Shown here piece after piece: positions 56,094 through 64,000 of a stretch of 64,000 nucleotides of DNA (positions are counted from its first letter, which is position 1; every line of letters starts with the position of its first letter). Under the pieces are notes generated by a model. It searched no databases, was not told the origin of the DNA, and worked only from the letters and a program-made list of their open reading frames with translations. A program made the position numbers and the translations under genes. Source of the stretch: an uncultured Acidobacteriota bacterium (GTDB lineage: Bacteria > Acidobacteriota > Vicinamibacteria > Vicinamibacterales > CAVVIG01). The stretch spans positions 530,715 to 594,714 of the forward strand of contig CAWGDD010000010.1 in the NCBI GenBank assembly GCA_963821285.1, written 5' to 3'.

Positions 56094-56669
56094 CTACTTC
56101 TTGGCGGCGGGCTTCGGCGGAGGAGCGCCGCTCTTCACGTTGTTCTTGATGGCGGGAATCGTCTGCAGGTACGCCCACATGGACTTGATGTCGTCGTCCG
56201 ACAGCACCTTGTACAGTTCCCACGGCATCGGCGGCTGCAGGTCTTCCCCCTCGGGCTTCTTGCCGGTGCGCAGCGTCTTGATGAACTGCGCCTCGGTGTA
56301 GCGGGTCTTCAGGCCGGTTTCGGGATCCGGCGTGAGGTTGGCGCCGTAGCTCACGCCCCACGGACCCGCCCACGCCGTCAGGTCGAGCGAGGCGTGGATC
56401 TCGGCGTTGTTCTGCGACGGGGCCATCGTCGTTTGCGGGCGGCCCGAGAACGGTCGCTTGGGATCGGGGTGCTGCTGCGCGTCGATCTTCGGCGAGTGGC
56501 AGTCGTTGCAGGCGCCGATCGTCATCAAGTACTTGCCGCGCGCGATCTTGTCCGCACTTGCAGAAGCCGCCGGCTTCGACTGAGCCTTCAACGCGCCCGC
56601 GCCCCACAGTCCGAGTCCGAGCACGCCCAGCGCGAGCACGCCCGAGCGAAGAGCCGTTCTCATCATCAA
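56094..56669 (-). CDS. secreted c-type cytochrome
   Basis: 191 aa with a signal peptide and heme motif CNDCH, plus PPMPW. Confidence 0.75.
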   Translation of the reverse strand: MMMRTALRSGVLALGVLGLGLWGAGALKAQSKPAASASADKIARGKYLMTIGACNDCHSPKIDAQQHPDPKRPFSGRPQTTMAPSQNNAEIHASLDLTAWAGPWGVSYGANLTPDPETGLKTRYTEAQFIKTLRTGKKPEGEDLQPPMPWELYKVLSDDDIKSMWAYLQTIPAIKNNVKSGAPPPKPAAKK

Positions 56670-56716
56670 GTCCTCCTGACGGTTGCGGGGGCGATTCTAG
56701 CAAATTCCAACACCAC

Positions 56717-56831
56717 AAGGTTCCAGAGGTTCCGGAGGTTCCGGAGGTTCCGGAGGTTCCAGGGGTTCAGGTTCGGCGAACCTTGGAACCGGAACCCGTG
56801 GAACTTTGGAACTCTGGAACTTTGGAACCTT
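56717..56831. repeat. word-hairpin W5 (GGAGGTTCC x4 / GGAAC-containing 8-mers)
   Basis: AAGGTTCCAGAGGTTCCGGAGGTTCCGGAGGTTCCGGAGGTTCCAGGGGTTCAGGTTCG-GCG-AACCTTGGAACCGGAACCCGTGGAACTTTGGAACTCTGGAACTTTGGAACCTT. It fills the divergent intergenic region between the cytochrome (56669) and the esterase (56846). Confidence 0.8.
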
Positions 56832-56845
56832 GCTATATTGCCCCG

Positions 56846-58378
56846 ATGCGCCACGCCACCGCCTCAGCCCTCGCCGTCGCATTCATCGCCCTGGGTCACA
56901 CGGCGAATGCTGCGCCCTGCGAGAGTCTGTCCTCCCTTTCCCTGCCCAACGTGACGATCCTCATGGCGACGCCGGTGGCGGCGGGCGCGTTCACGGCGCC
57001 GGGGCGTGGAGGAGCAATCCAGCAGTTCGCGGGCTTGCCGGCGTTCTGCCGTGTGCAGGCGAGCCTCAAGCCGACGAGTGATTCCGATATCAGGATGGAG
57101 CTGTGGCTGCCGCTCGACTCGCCTGGCGGAGGCGGGTGGAACGGCAAGTTCCGGGGCACCGGAAACGGCGGGCTCGGCGGCGGCACCGGCGCGAACCCGA
57201 ATCAGCTGGCGGGCGGCGTTCGCGCGGGCTACGCGACGGCGGGTCATAACACCGGGCACGAGGGCGACTCGAGTTACGCGCTGGACCATCCCGAGAAGAT
57301 CAAGGACTTCGGCTACCGGTCCACGCACGAGATGACCGTGGCATCCAAGGCGCTGATCAAGGCCTTCTACGGCCGCGACGCGCGCCTGTCGTACATGGCG
57401 GAAGGCGGCGGCGGCACGATCGCGGCGCTCAGCTCCGCGCAGCGCTATCCCGAGGACTACGACATCATCGCGGTGACCGGCATGTCGTCGCACCTCACGC
57501 GCCACACGTTCGCGCAGATGTGGGTGTGGCAGGCCACGCACAAAGACGCCGCGAGTTTCATCCCGCCCGATAAATATCCGGTGCTCCACGACGCGGCGCT
57601 TGCCGCCTGCGACACGCTCGACGGGTTGAAGGACGGCATCATCGGCGACGTGCCGCGCTGCACGTTCGACCCCGCGGTGACGCTCTGCAATGGGGCCGAC
57701 TCACCGACATGCCTGACGCCGCCGCAGGTCGAGGCCGCACGAAAGATCTACGGGGGACCGAAGAATCCCCGTACGGGCGAGGAGATCTACTCGCCCCTCT
57801 ATCCGGGCAGCGAGCTGGGCTGGGGGCAACTGGCCGGCGGCGACCAGCCCCTCGGCATCCCGGTCGAGTTCTTCAAGTACTACGTCCTGCGGGATCCGTC
57901 GTGGGACTACAAGGCACGACCCATTAACTTCGACGGCGACGTGACGGCGTCGAACCGTCCGGAGATCCAGCCGGTCAACGCCGTGGACCCGGACCTGGGC
58001 AGGTTTTTCGCGCGAGGCGGAAAACTCCTCCTGGTGGACGGCTGGAGCGACACCGCCGTGCCGCCGAAAGTCGCGATCAACTACTACAACGCGGTGGTGA
58101 AGAAGCTCGGCGCGAAGACCGTCAGCGCGTCGATGCGATTCTTCATGGTCCCCGGGATGGGCCATGGGCCGGGCACCGCCGGCGCCGAAAACTTCAACTT
58201 CGACGCCCTGGGCCTCATCGAGCGGTGGAAAGAAGACGGCCAGGCGCCGGACCAGCTCGTCATTTCTCACTTTAGGAACGGCGTCGAGGTCGGCAAGCGC
58301 CTGGTGTGCCGATACCCCCAAATCGCCATGTATAAAGGTGGCGATCCGGAGGCTCCTGCAAGCTACACTTGCCGGTAG
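56846..58378 (+). CDS. tannase/feruloyl-esterase-family alpha/beta hydrolase
   Basis: Start at the internal Met (MRHATASALAVAFIALGHTANA). PAFCRVQASLKPTSDSDIRMELWLP...WNGKFRGTGNGG and later Cys pairs are typical of this family. Intact. Confidence 0.8.
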   Translation: MRHATASALAVAFIALGHTANAAPCESLSSLSLPNVTILMATPVAAGAFTAPGRGGAIQQFAGLPAFCRVQASLKPTSDSDIRMELWLPLDSPGGGGWNGKFRGTGNGGLGGGTGANPNQLAGGVRAGYATAGHNTGHEGDSSYALDHPEKIKDFGYRSTHEMTVASKALIKAFYGRDARLSYMAEGGGGTIAALSSAQRYPEDYDIIAVTGMSSHLTRHTFAQMWVWQATHKDAASFIPPDKYPVLHDAALAACDTLDGLKDGIIGDVPRCTFDPAVTLCNGADSPTCLTPPQVEAARKIYGGPKNPRTGEEIYSPLYPGSELGWGQLAGGDQPLGIPVEFFKYYVLRDPSWDYKARPINFDGDVTASNRPEIQPVNAVDPDLGRFFARGGKLLLVDGWSDTAVPPKVAINYYNAVVKKLGAKTVSASMRFFMVPGMGHGPGTAGAENFNFDALGLIERWKEDGQAPDQLVISHFRNGVEVGKRLVCRYPQIAMYKGGDPEAPASYTCR

Positions 58379-58477
58379 CGTGCTGAGGACAATTCCCCAG
58401 TGCGCCGTGGCCGAGCGCCATTTTTCGGCCTGAAATTGGCCGATCGAGTTGGCAACGAAGTTGCGACAGGTGAGGCT

Positions 58478-59104
58478 ATGACTACCAGATTTGCGACGGT
58501 TGCTGCGCTCACGCTGGCCGTCTTCGTGTGCAGTGTCGGCTTTGCCGACGCGGGCCAGCGGCACCAGGGAGGCGGGGGGTCGCCCGCGGTCGGACGCGCC
58601 GTCCCACGCGGCGGCGGCGGTCAGGGCGGCGGGGGCGGTCGACCCGGAGGCGGCGGTGGCGGCTACCCGTCATCTCCCGGACGCTACTACGGCGGCGGCT
58701 ACTATCGGCCGTACTACGGATACTACGGCCGGTACGGATATCCGTACTACGGCGGCTACTACCCCTACGGGTACGGTTACTACGGCCTGGGCTACGGGTT
58801 TAGTGTCGGGTTCGGCTTTGGCTACGGCTACGGTTACGGCTACCCCGGCTATGCATACCCCTACTACGGCGGCTACGTCAATTCGTACGGCGGCGTGAAG
58901 ATCGAGAACGCCCCGCCCGACGCGGCGGTCTACGCCGACGGCTACTACGTCGGCACAGTGGACGACTTCGACGGGAGCTTCCAGAAGCTCAACCTGGAAC
59001 CCGGCGCACACCACATCGAGGTCATGCGGCCGGGCGGCGCGCCACCGGCGTCTGTGGACGTCAACATCCGTCCGGGACAAACGGTGACCTTCCGTGCGAA
59101 CTAG
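58478..59104 (+). CDS. secreted Gly/Tyr-rich low-complexity protein with C-terminal PEGA-like domain
   Basis: Signal MTTRFATVAALTLAVFVCSVGFADA. About 110 aa are almost only G, Y, P and R (GYYRPYYGYYGRYGYPYYGGYYPYGYGYYGLGYGF...GYGYGYGYPGYAYPYYGG). Then VKIENAPPDAAVYADGYYVGT...LEPGAHHIEV. Confidence 0.7.
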   Translation: MTTRFATVAALTLAVFVCSVGFADAGQRHQGGGGSPAVGRAVPRGGGGQGGGGGRPGGGGGGYPSSPGRYYGGGYYRPYYGYYGRYGYPYYGGYYPYGYGYYGLGYGFSVGFGFGYGYGYGYPGYAYPYYGGYVNSYGGVKIENAPPDAAVYADGYYVGTVDDFDGSFQKLNLEPGAHHIEVMRPGGAPPASVDVNIRPGQTVTFRAN

Positions 59105-59106
59105 GG

Positions 59107-59205
59107 AAGAAGAAAGTTCAAAGTAGAAAGTTCAAAGTGGAAAAGTCAGTGCGCAGCGACTTTTCCACTTACTTTTCTACTTTGTACTTTTGACTTTGAA
59201 CTTTC
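59107..59205 (+). terminator. word-hairpin W6 (AGAAAGTTCAAAGT words), likely Rho-independent terminator
   Basis: The perfect core is GTGGAAAAGTC (59137-59147) paired with GACTTTTCCAC (59158-59168), with a 10-nt loop. Imperfect word-repeat extensions flank it. It is followed by TTACTTTTCTACTTTGTACTTTTG. It starts right after the stop at 59104. Confidence 0.65.
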
Positions 59206-59218
59206 GTACAATCGTCCT

Positions 59219-60805
59219 GTGCGTCGCGCCGTTCTGGCGTCTGGTCTTCTTCTCGCCGCCTTCCTTTCCCTTTCCGATTCGCTTCTGAGTCAGCCGGCCG
59301 CGCTAACCGTTGTTTCAAAAGATGGGCGCCGCACGCTGGCCACGACGGTTCAGAACGAACAGGATTTCGTCGCGCTCGACGACCTCGCGTCGATGTTCCA
59401 GCTCACCGTGCGCGAAGACGCGCTGGGCGTCACCGTGGCCTACAAGGGCCGGACGGTCGTCCTCACGGTCGATCAGCCGCTGGCGTCGGTGTCGGGACGT
59501 CTCGTCTCGCTGCCCGCGACGCCCATCCGCAACCCGGCGCGCCGCTGGCTGGTGCCGGCCGAGTTCATCAGCCGCGCGCTCGCGCTCATCTACGATGCCA
59601 AGCTCGAGCTTCGCCGCCCGGCGCGGCTGCTCCTCGTCGGCGACATCCGGGCGCCGCGCGTCCAGATGCGCTACGAGGCAGTGGGCACCGGTGCCCGCCT
59701 GACGATCGACGCCGCGCCTCGTGCCGACAACGCGGTCTCGCAGGACAACGACCGCATCGCCATCAAGTTCGACGCCGACCTGCTGGACATCCCGAACAAC
59801 GGCCTCGCGCTGCCGGCGCAAAGCGCGGCGCAGGGCGTCATCCAGGCCGTGCGCCTCGCCGACGCGACGACGATCGCCGTCGATCTCGGCCCGCGATTCT
59901 CCTCGTTCAGGGCAGCGTCGCAGCAGCTCGACAACGCGACGCGGCTGGTCATCGACCTCACCGCGGCCACGGTGGCCGAAGCCGCCCCTGCTCCGGCGCC
60001 CGGCGCGACTTCGACCACGGGGGCCGCGGCGGCCGCGGGGGCCGCGCCGCCACCGGCCGCGCCGGCTCCGCCGCCTGATCTGAGCGCGCTCACGCAGACG
60101 CCCAGCTCCGTCAGGACGATCGTCATCGATCCGGGCCACGGCGGCGACGACGAGGGCGTGAAGGGGCCGGCGGGAACGAAAGAGAAGGACCTGACGCTCG
60201 CGCTGGCCCGCCGCGTCAAGGCCGCCATCGAGTCGCGCCTCGGCATCCGCGTGCTGCTGACGCGCGACGACGACCGCCGCGTGTCGATCGACGATCGGAC
60301 GTCGATGGCCAACAACAACAAGTCGGATCTGTTCATCAGCCTGCACGCCAACGCGTCGTTCCGTCCCTCGCTCGCCGGCGGATCGATCTACTCCGCGGCG
60401 TTCGAGCCCGGCGCGGCGCAGGCGGCGCGCGCCCTGGCGCCCGAGCGCGTGCCGGCCTTCGGCGGCGGATCGCGCGACATCGAATTCGTCCCGTGGGACT
60501 TCGCGCAGTCGGCGCACATCGAGGAATCAGACGCCCTGGCGAGGCTGCTCCAGGCGCAGCTGCACGACCGCATTCCGCTCGCGGCCCGTCCGATCGATTC
60601 GGCGCCGCTGCGCGTGCTCGAATCGGCGAACATGCCGGCGGTCCTCATCGAGATCGGGTACCTGACGAACCCGGAGCAGGAAACGCAGCTCGCGGGCGCC
60701 GAGTTTCAGAACCCGTTCGTGCAGGGCGTGCTCGACGCCATCATCCGGTTCCGCGACGCGCTCGACGAGAAGCGGCGGCCGGCAGCGGGCGGGGCGGGAC
60801 GGTGA
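59219..60805 (+). CDS. N-acetylmuramoyl-L-alanine amidase (AMIN domain plus Amidase_3)
   Basis: 528 aa. IVIDPGHGGDDEGVKGPAGTKEKDLTLALARRV...DLFISLHANAS...PAVLIEIGYLTNPEQE. Intact. Confidence 0.85.
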   Translation: MRRAVLASGLLLAAFLSLSDSLLSQPAALTVVSKDGRRTLATTVQNEQDFVALDDLASMFQLTVREDALGVTVAYKGRTVVLTVDQPLASVSGRLVSLPATPIRNPARRWLVPAEFISRALALIYDAKLELRRPARLLLVGDIRAPRVQMRYEAVGTGARLTIDAAPRADNAVSQDNDRIAIKFDADLLDIPNNGLALPAQSAAQGVIQAVRLADATTIAVDLGPRFSSFRAASQQLDNATRLVIDLTAATVAEAAPAPAPGATSTTGAAAAAGAAPPPAAPAPPPDLSALTQTPSSVRTIVIDPGHGGDDEGVKGPAGTKEKDLTLALARRVKAAIESRLGIRVLLTRDDDRRVSIDDRTSMANNNKSDLFISLHANASFRPSLAGGSIYSAAFEPGAAQAARALAPERVPAFGGGSRDIEFVPWDFAQSAHIEESDALARLLQAQLHDRIPLAARPIDSAPLRVLESANMPAVLIEIGYLTNPEQETQLAGAEFQNPFVQGVLDAIIRFRDALDEKRRPAAGGAGR

Positions 60806-61372
60806 CCGCGCGCCGCGTGCTGGGCTTCGGCGCGATGGCGGTCGCCCTGGCGGCGATCGCGTGGGCGCTGTTCGTCGGCCTGCCGCGATGCGTCGCGCCC
60901 GCGGGCGCAGCCGCCTCCCCCGCCGGCGCCGGCCGCGGCAGCGCCCGGACGCAAGATCAAGGCGCGCCTCTTCTACGTCTCCGAAGACGGCACGCGGCTG
61001 ACCGGCGTCGAGCGCGACGTCGCGTACGGCGACGGCGCGGCCGCCCAGGCGCAGGAGATCATCAAGGCGCAGCTCGCGCCCGCCGACGCCCCGCTCGTCT
61101 CCGCCGTCCCCGCGGGCACCACGCTGCGCGCGCTGTATCTGACCGCGAACGGCGCCGCGTACGTCGACCTCAGCCGCGACATCGTGACCGCGCACCCGGG
61201 CGGCTCGCTCGACGAGCTGCTGACGATCTACACCATCGTCAACGCGCTGACGATGAACCTGCCGGCGGTGACGTCGGTGCAGGTGCTGGTGGACGGGAAG
61301 GAGGTCGACACGCTCGCCGGCCACGTCGACCTGCGGCGTCCGCTGACGAAGAATGTGTCCTGGGTGGAATAG
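60802..61372 (+). CDS. GerMN-domain membrane-anchored protein, frameshift near 60870-60935
   Basis: GTG overlaps the amidase stop (GTGA). TM helix VLGFGAMAVALAAIAWALFVG. After the shift: KIKARLFYVSEDGTRLTGVERDVAYG...LLTIYTIVNALTMNLPAVTSVQVLVDGKEVDTLAGHVDL. Confidence 0.65.
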
Positions 61373-61381
61373 AATCGTCTG

Positions 61382-62109
61382 ATGCGCTCCGACCAGCGTC
61401 CGGCGAACCAGCTCCGCGCCACCGTCATCACACCAGACTTCCTCGAACACGCCGAAGGGTCGGTGCTCATCGAGGCCGGCCGCACGCGCGTCATCTGCAC
61501 GGCCAGCGTCGAGGACCGCGTGCCGCCGTTCCTGCGCAACAGCGGCAAGGGCTGGGTGACGGCCGAGTACGGCATGCTGCCGCGCGCGACCAGCACGCGC
61601 ACGCAGCGCGAGGCGACGTCCGGCAAGGTCGGCGGCCGCACGCAGGAGATCCAGCGGCTCATCGGCCGTTCGCTGCGGGCGGTCACGAACCTGCCCGCCC
61701 TGGGCGAGCGGACCATCTGGATCGACTGCGACGTCATCCAGGCGGACGGCGGGACGCGCACGGCGTCGATCACGGGCGCGTTCGTCGCCCTGGCGCTCGC
61801 GCTCGGCACGCTGCGCGAACGCGACGTGCTGCGCACGATTCCGCTCACCGACTACGTCGCGGCCATCAGCGTCGGCATCGTGGACGGCGAGCCGCTGCTC
61901 GACCTGGCGTACGACGGACGATTCGCGCGCCGAAGTGGACATGAACATCGTGAAGACCGGCGACGGCCGGTTCATCGAGGTCCAGGGCACCGCCGAAGCC
62001 ATCCCGTTCGGGCGCGACAGCCTCGATCGACCTGCTCGATCTCGCCGACGTCGGCATCCGCCAGCTCATCGACAAGCAGCGGGCCATCGTCGGGCACCTG
62101 GTCAAGTAA
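61382..62109 (+). CDS. rph: ribonuclease PH, two frameshifts (near 61918 and 62025)
   Basis: [44 protein letters not shown]...[17 protein letters not shown]...[16 protein letters not shown]...[23 protein letters not shown]. The C-terminal parts [26 protein letters not shown] and [25 protein letters not shown] lie in other frames. Stop at 62107-62109. Confidence 0.85.
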
Positions 62110-62213
62110 CGACGACGTCCAACGCAGAGCACGCGGAGCACGCAGAGTGTTCTGTCAGCCGACCATGCTGACTACTCTGCGTGCTCGGCGTGCTCTGCGT
62201 TGTACGTTGTCGT
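62109..62213. repeat. word-hairpin W7 (GCAGAGCACGC words), 40-bp near-perfect stem between convergent rph and rdgB
   Basis: The left arm ACGACGACGTCCAACGCAGAGCACGCGGAGCACGCAGAGT (62109-62148) matches the reverse complement of 62174-62213, ACGACAACGTACAACGCAGAGCACGCCGAGCACGCAGAGT, with 3 mismatches in 40. The loop is 25 nt. Confidence 0.85.
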
Positions 62214-62790
62214 GAGCCACGTTCGCAGCGCTCTGAAGGCCTGGCCGCGGTGGCTGACCTCGGCCTTGCGGTCGCCGGCCTCGGCCAGGGTGCAGCCAAA
62301 CGGCGGGTAATAGAAGATGGGGTCGTAGCCGAACCCGCCCGTGCCCTTCGGCTCCGGCGCGATCCGGCCTTCGACGACGCCGCGGGTTTCGAAGAGGATC
62401 TGGCCGCCGCGCGCCAGCGCCAGCGCGCAGACGAACCGCGCCGGGCTCCCGGCCGCGCCCCGCGCGCGCAGCATGCCGTAAATAAGGTCGAACTTCTCGG
62501 CGTAGGTCGAGTCAGCGCCCCCGAAACGCGCCGATTCCACGCCGGGCGCCCCGTCGAGCGCGTCGATCTCGAGGCCCGAGTCGTCGGCCACCGTCAGCTC
62601 GCCCGTGTGCGCCGCGTAATACAGCGCCTTCAACCGGGCGTTTTCGGCGAAGGTCCGCCCGGTTTCCTCCGGAGCGGCCGACATCCGGCCACTCGGCCAG
62701 CGTCACCAGCTCGAACGGCAGCCCCTGCAGCAGCTCCGCGATTTCGCGGAGCTTGCCGCGGTTGGTGGTGGCGACGGCGAGCTTGGGCAT
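62172..62790 (-). CDS. rdgB: non-canonical purine NTP pyrophosphatase (RdgB/HAM1), frameshift near 62685
   Basis: [21 protein letters not shown]..., then after the shift [18 protein letters not shown]...[21 protein letters not shown]...[12 protein letters not shown]...[10 protein letters not shown]. The last 12 codons ([12 protein letters not shown]) and the stop are supplied by the right arm of W7. Confidence 0.8.
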
Positions 62791-62838
62791 GGCCGCTACA
62801 AATAATATGAGAAGGCGACGTAGAATGGCGCCTGAGTC

Positions 62839-64000
62839 ATGGACGCGGCTTTCCGGTTCCTCTTCAAGTATCCGCTCCTCGTCTTTCAGCAGGGCGACTT
62901 CGTGCTGGGTGTGTCCCGGCCGGTGCTGCTCGTCCTGCTGGTAGCCGCGGCGGTCGCGGCCGGCGTCCTCCTGACGTACCGATCGATCGCCAGCGAAGGC
63001 TCGTCGCGCGACAAGGCCGTGCTCATCGGGCTGCGGCTCGGCGCTCGTCGCCGCGCTGCTGTTCTGCCTGATCAGGCCGACGCTGATCCTGAAGGCGGCG
63101 GTTCCGCAGCAGAACTTTCTCGGCATCCTGATCGACGACTCGCGCAGCATGCTGATCGCCGACCGCGACGGTCAGCCGCGCAGCCAGTTCGTGCAGCGCG
63201 AGCTGGGCGGCATCGACTCGGCGCTCCTGAAGACGCTCAAGGAGCGGTTCGTCCTCCGATTCTTCCGCTTCTCCTCGTCCGCCGGCCGGCTCGGGTCGGC
63301 CGCCGAGCTCAAGTACGACGGCACGTCGACGAAGCTGGGCGATGCGCTCGAACGCGCGCGCGACGAGCTGTCGGGCCTGCCGCTCGCCGGCCTCGTCATG
63401 GTCACCGACGGCGCGGACACGTCGGACGCCTCGCTCGACGAATCGCTGGCCAGCCTCAAGGCGCGCTCGATTCCCGTCTTCACCGTCGGCGTCGGCCAGG
63501 AGCACTTCACGCGCGACATCCAGATCTCCCGCGTCGAGACGCCGCGCACGGTGCTCAAGGGCATCGTCGCTCGTCGTCGACGTCGTCGTCTCGCAGACGG
63601 GGTACGGCGGCCGAACCGTCCCGCTCAACGTCGAAGATCAGGGACGCATCGTGACGACCGAGCAGATCACGCTGCCGCCGGACGGCCAGTCGCTGACGGC
63701 GCGCGTCCGCTTCACGGCCAACGAGGCGGGCGCCCGGCTGTTCCGCTTCCGCGTGCCGCAGCAGGACGGCGAGGAGGTCACGCAGAACAACACGCGCGAC
63801 ATGCTGCTCGAGGTGCGCGACCGCCGCGAGAAGGTGCTGTACTACGAAGGCGAGCCGCGGGCCGAAGCCAAGTTCGTCCACCAGGCGGTCGAGAACGACA
63901 AGAACCTGCAGGTCGCGATGCTGATTCGCACGGCCGAGAACAAGTACTACCGCCGCGACCTCGCCGACAAAGACGAGCTGGCGACGGGGTTCCCGAAGAC
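62839..64000 (+). CDS. membrane protein with BatA-like N-terminal TM pair and VWA domain, partial at right edge, 2 frameshifts (near 63045 and 63564)
   Basis: MDAAFRFLFKYPLLVFQQGDFVLG...TM helices. After the shift: NFLGILIDDSRSMLIADRDG...GTSTKLGDALERA...LAGLVMVTDGADTS (VWA MIDAS-like DxSxS...T...D). It continues to the window end in a third frame. Confidence 0.6.

Noticed and set aside
56666-56882. ORFs translated from the word-hairpins: 56666..56854, 56697..56882, 53877..54186, 4813..5052, 46169..46441, 46242..46427 and the N-terminal part of 56558..58378.
   Set aside because: Their peptides are just the repeated words read in frame (PEVPEVPEVPEV, GPGTKNGPGTKAQGP, LVIWSS...). They have no start context or homology and overlap palindromic DNA.
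58491-58898. Alternative-frame ORFs inside the Gly/Tyr-rich gene (58491..58898, 58528..58803, 58670..59080 on the minus strand).
   Set aside because: They are Arg/Ala/Thr-rich translations of the same low-complexity DNA. Only the 58478..59104 frame has a signal peptide and a folded C-terminal domain.

Overview
High-GC bacterial chromosomal window. Gene content and repeat style fit an Acidobacteriota-like organism, which is an inference only. I count about 65 protein genes, roughly 80-85% on the minus strand. I saw no rRNA, tRNA, CRISPR array, transposase or integrase. Main blocks: (1) 1-10 kb holds secreted proteins of unknown function plus DUF6152, an AMP-forming acyl-CoA synthetase, acuI, a cupin, a Peptidase_MA-like TPR protein and a VOC protein. 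(2) 10.2-18.2 kb is an alternative-complex-III-like operon (actA, split actB, actC, actD) with extra c-type cytochromes and an embedded DUF6152. (3) 19.3-21.7 kb is a fused tandem alpha/beta hydrolase. (4) 21.8-31.2 kb is a co-oriented array with a duplicated triad (secreted protein, periplasmic MBL hydrolase, secreted paralog), each preceded by small 4-TM membrane proteins; this is the best candidate for an uncharacterised system. (5) 31.4-56.7 kb is a copper/metal and periplasmic-redox supercluster: CusF-like, DUF4198, three TonB-dependent receptors, FixH-like, HMBD protein, cusBA, YVTN propeller, porin, cupredoxin, cytochromes, PadR and a CadC-like regulator. (6) 56.8-64 kb carries housekeeping and cell-wall genes: tannase-like esterase, Gly/Tyr-rich PEGA protein, amidase, GerMN, rph, rdgB, VWA protein. 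Two non-coding layers stand out. One is a GTAG-headed REP/REPIN family with at least 10 copies, one of them in frame inside a CDS. The other is a set of long hairpins whose arms are tandem repeats of a short locus-specific word. The window also carries many frameshifts, extreme in cusA, cusB and the YVTN gene. Without reads I cannot tell whether these are indel assembly errors or real gene decay. Coordinates of non-ORF-track items are hand-counted and may be off by 1-3 nt.
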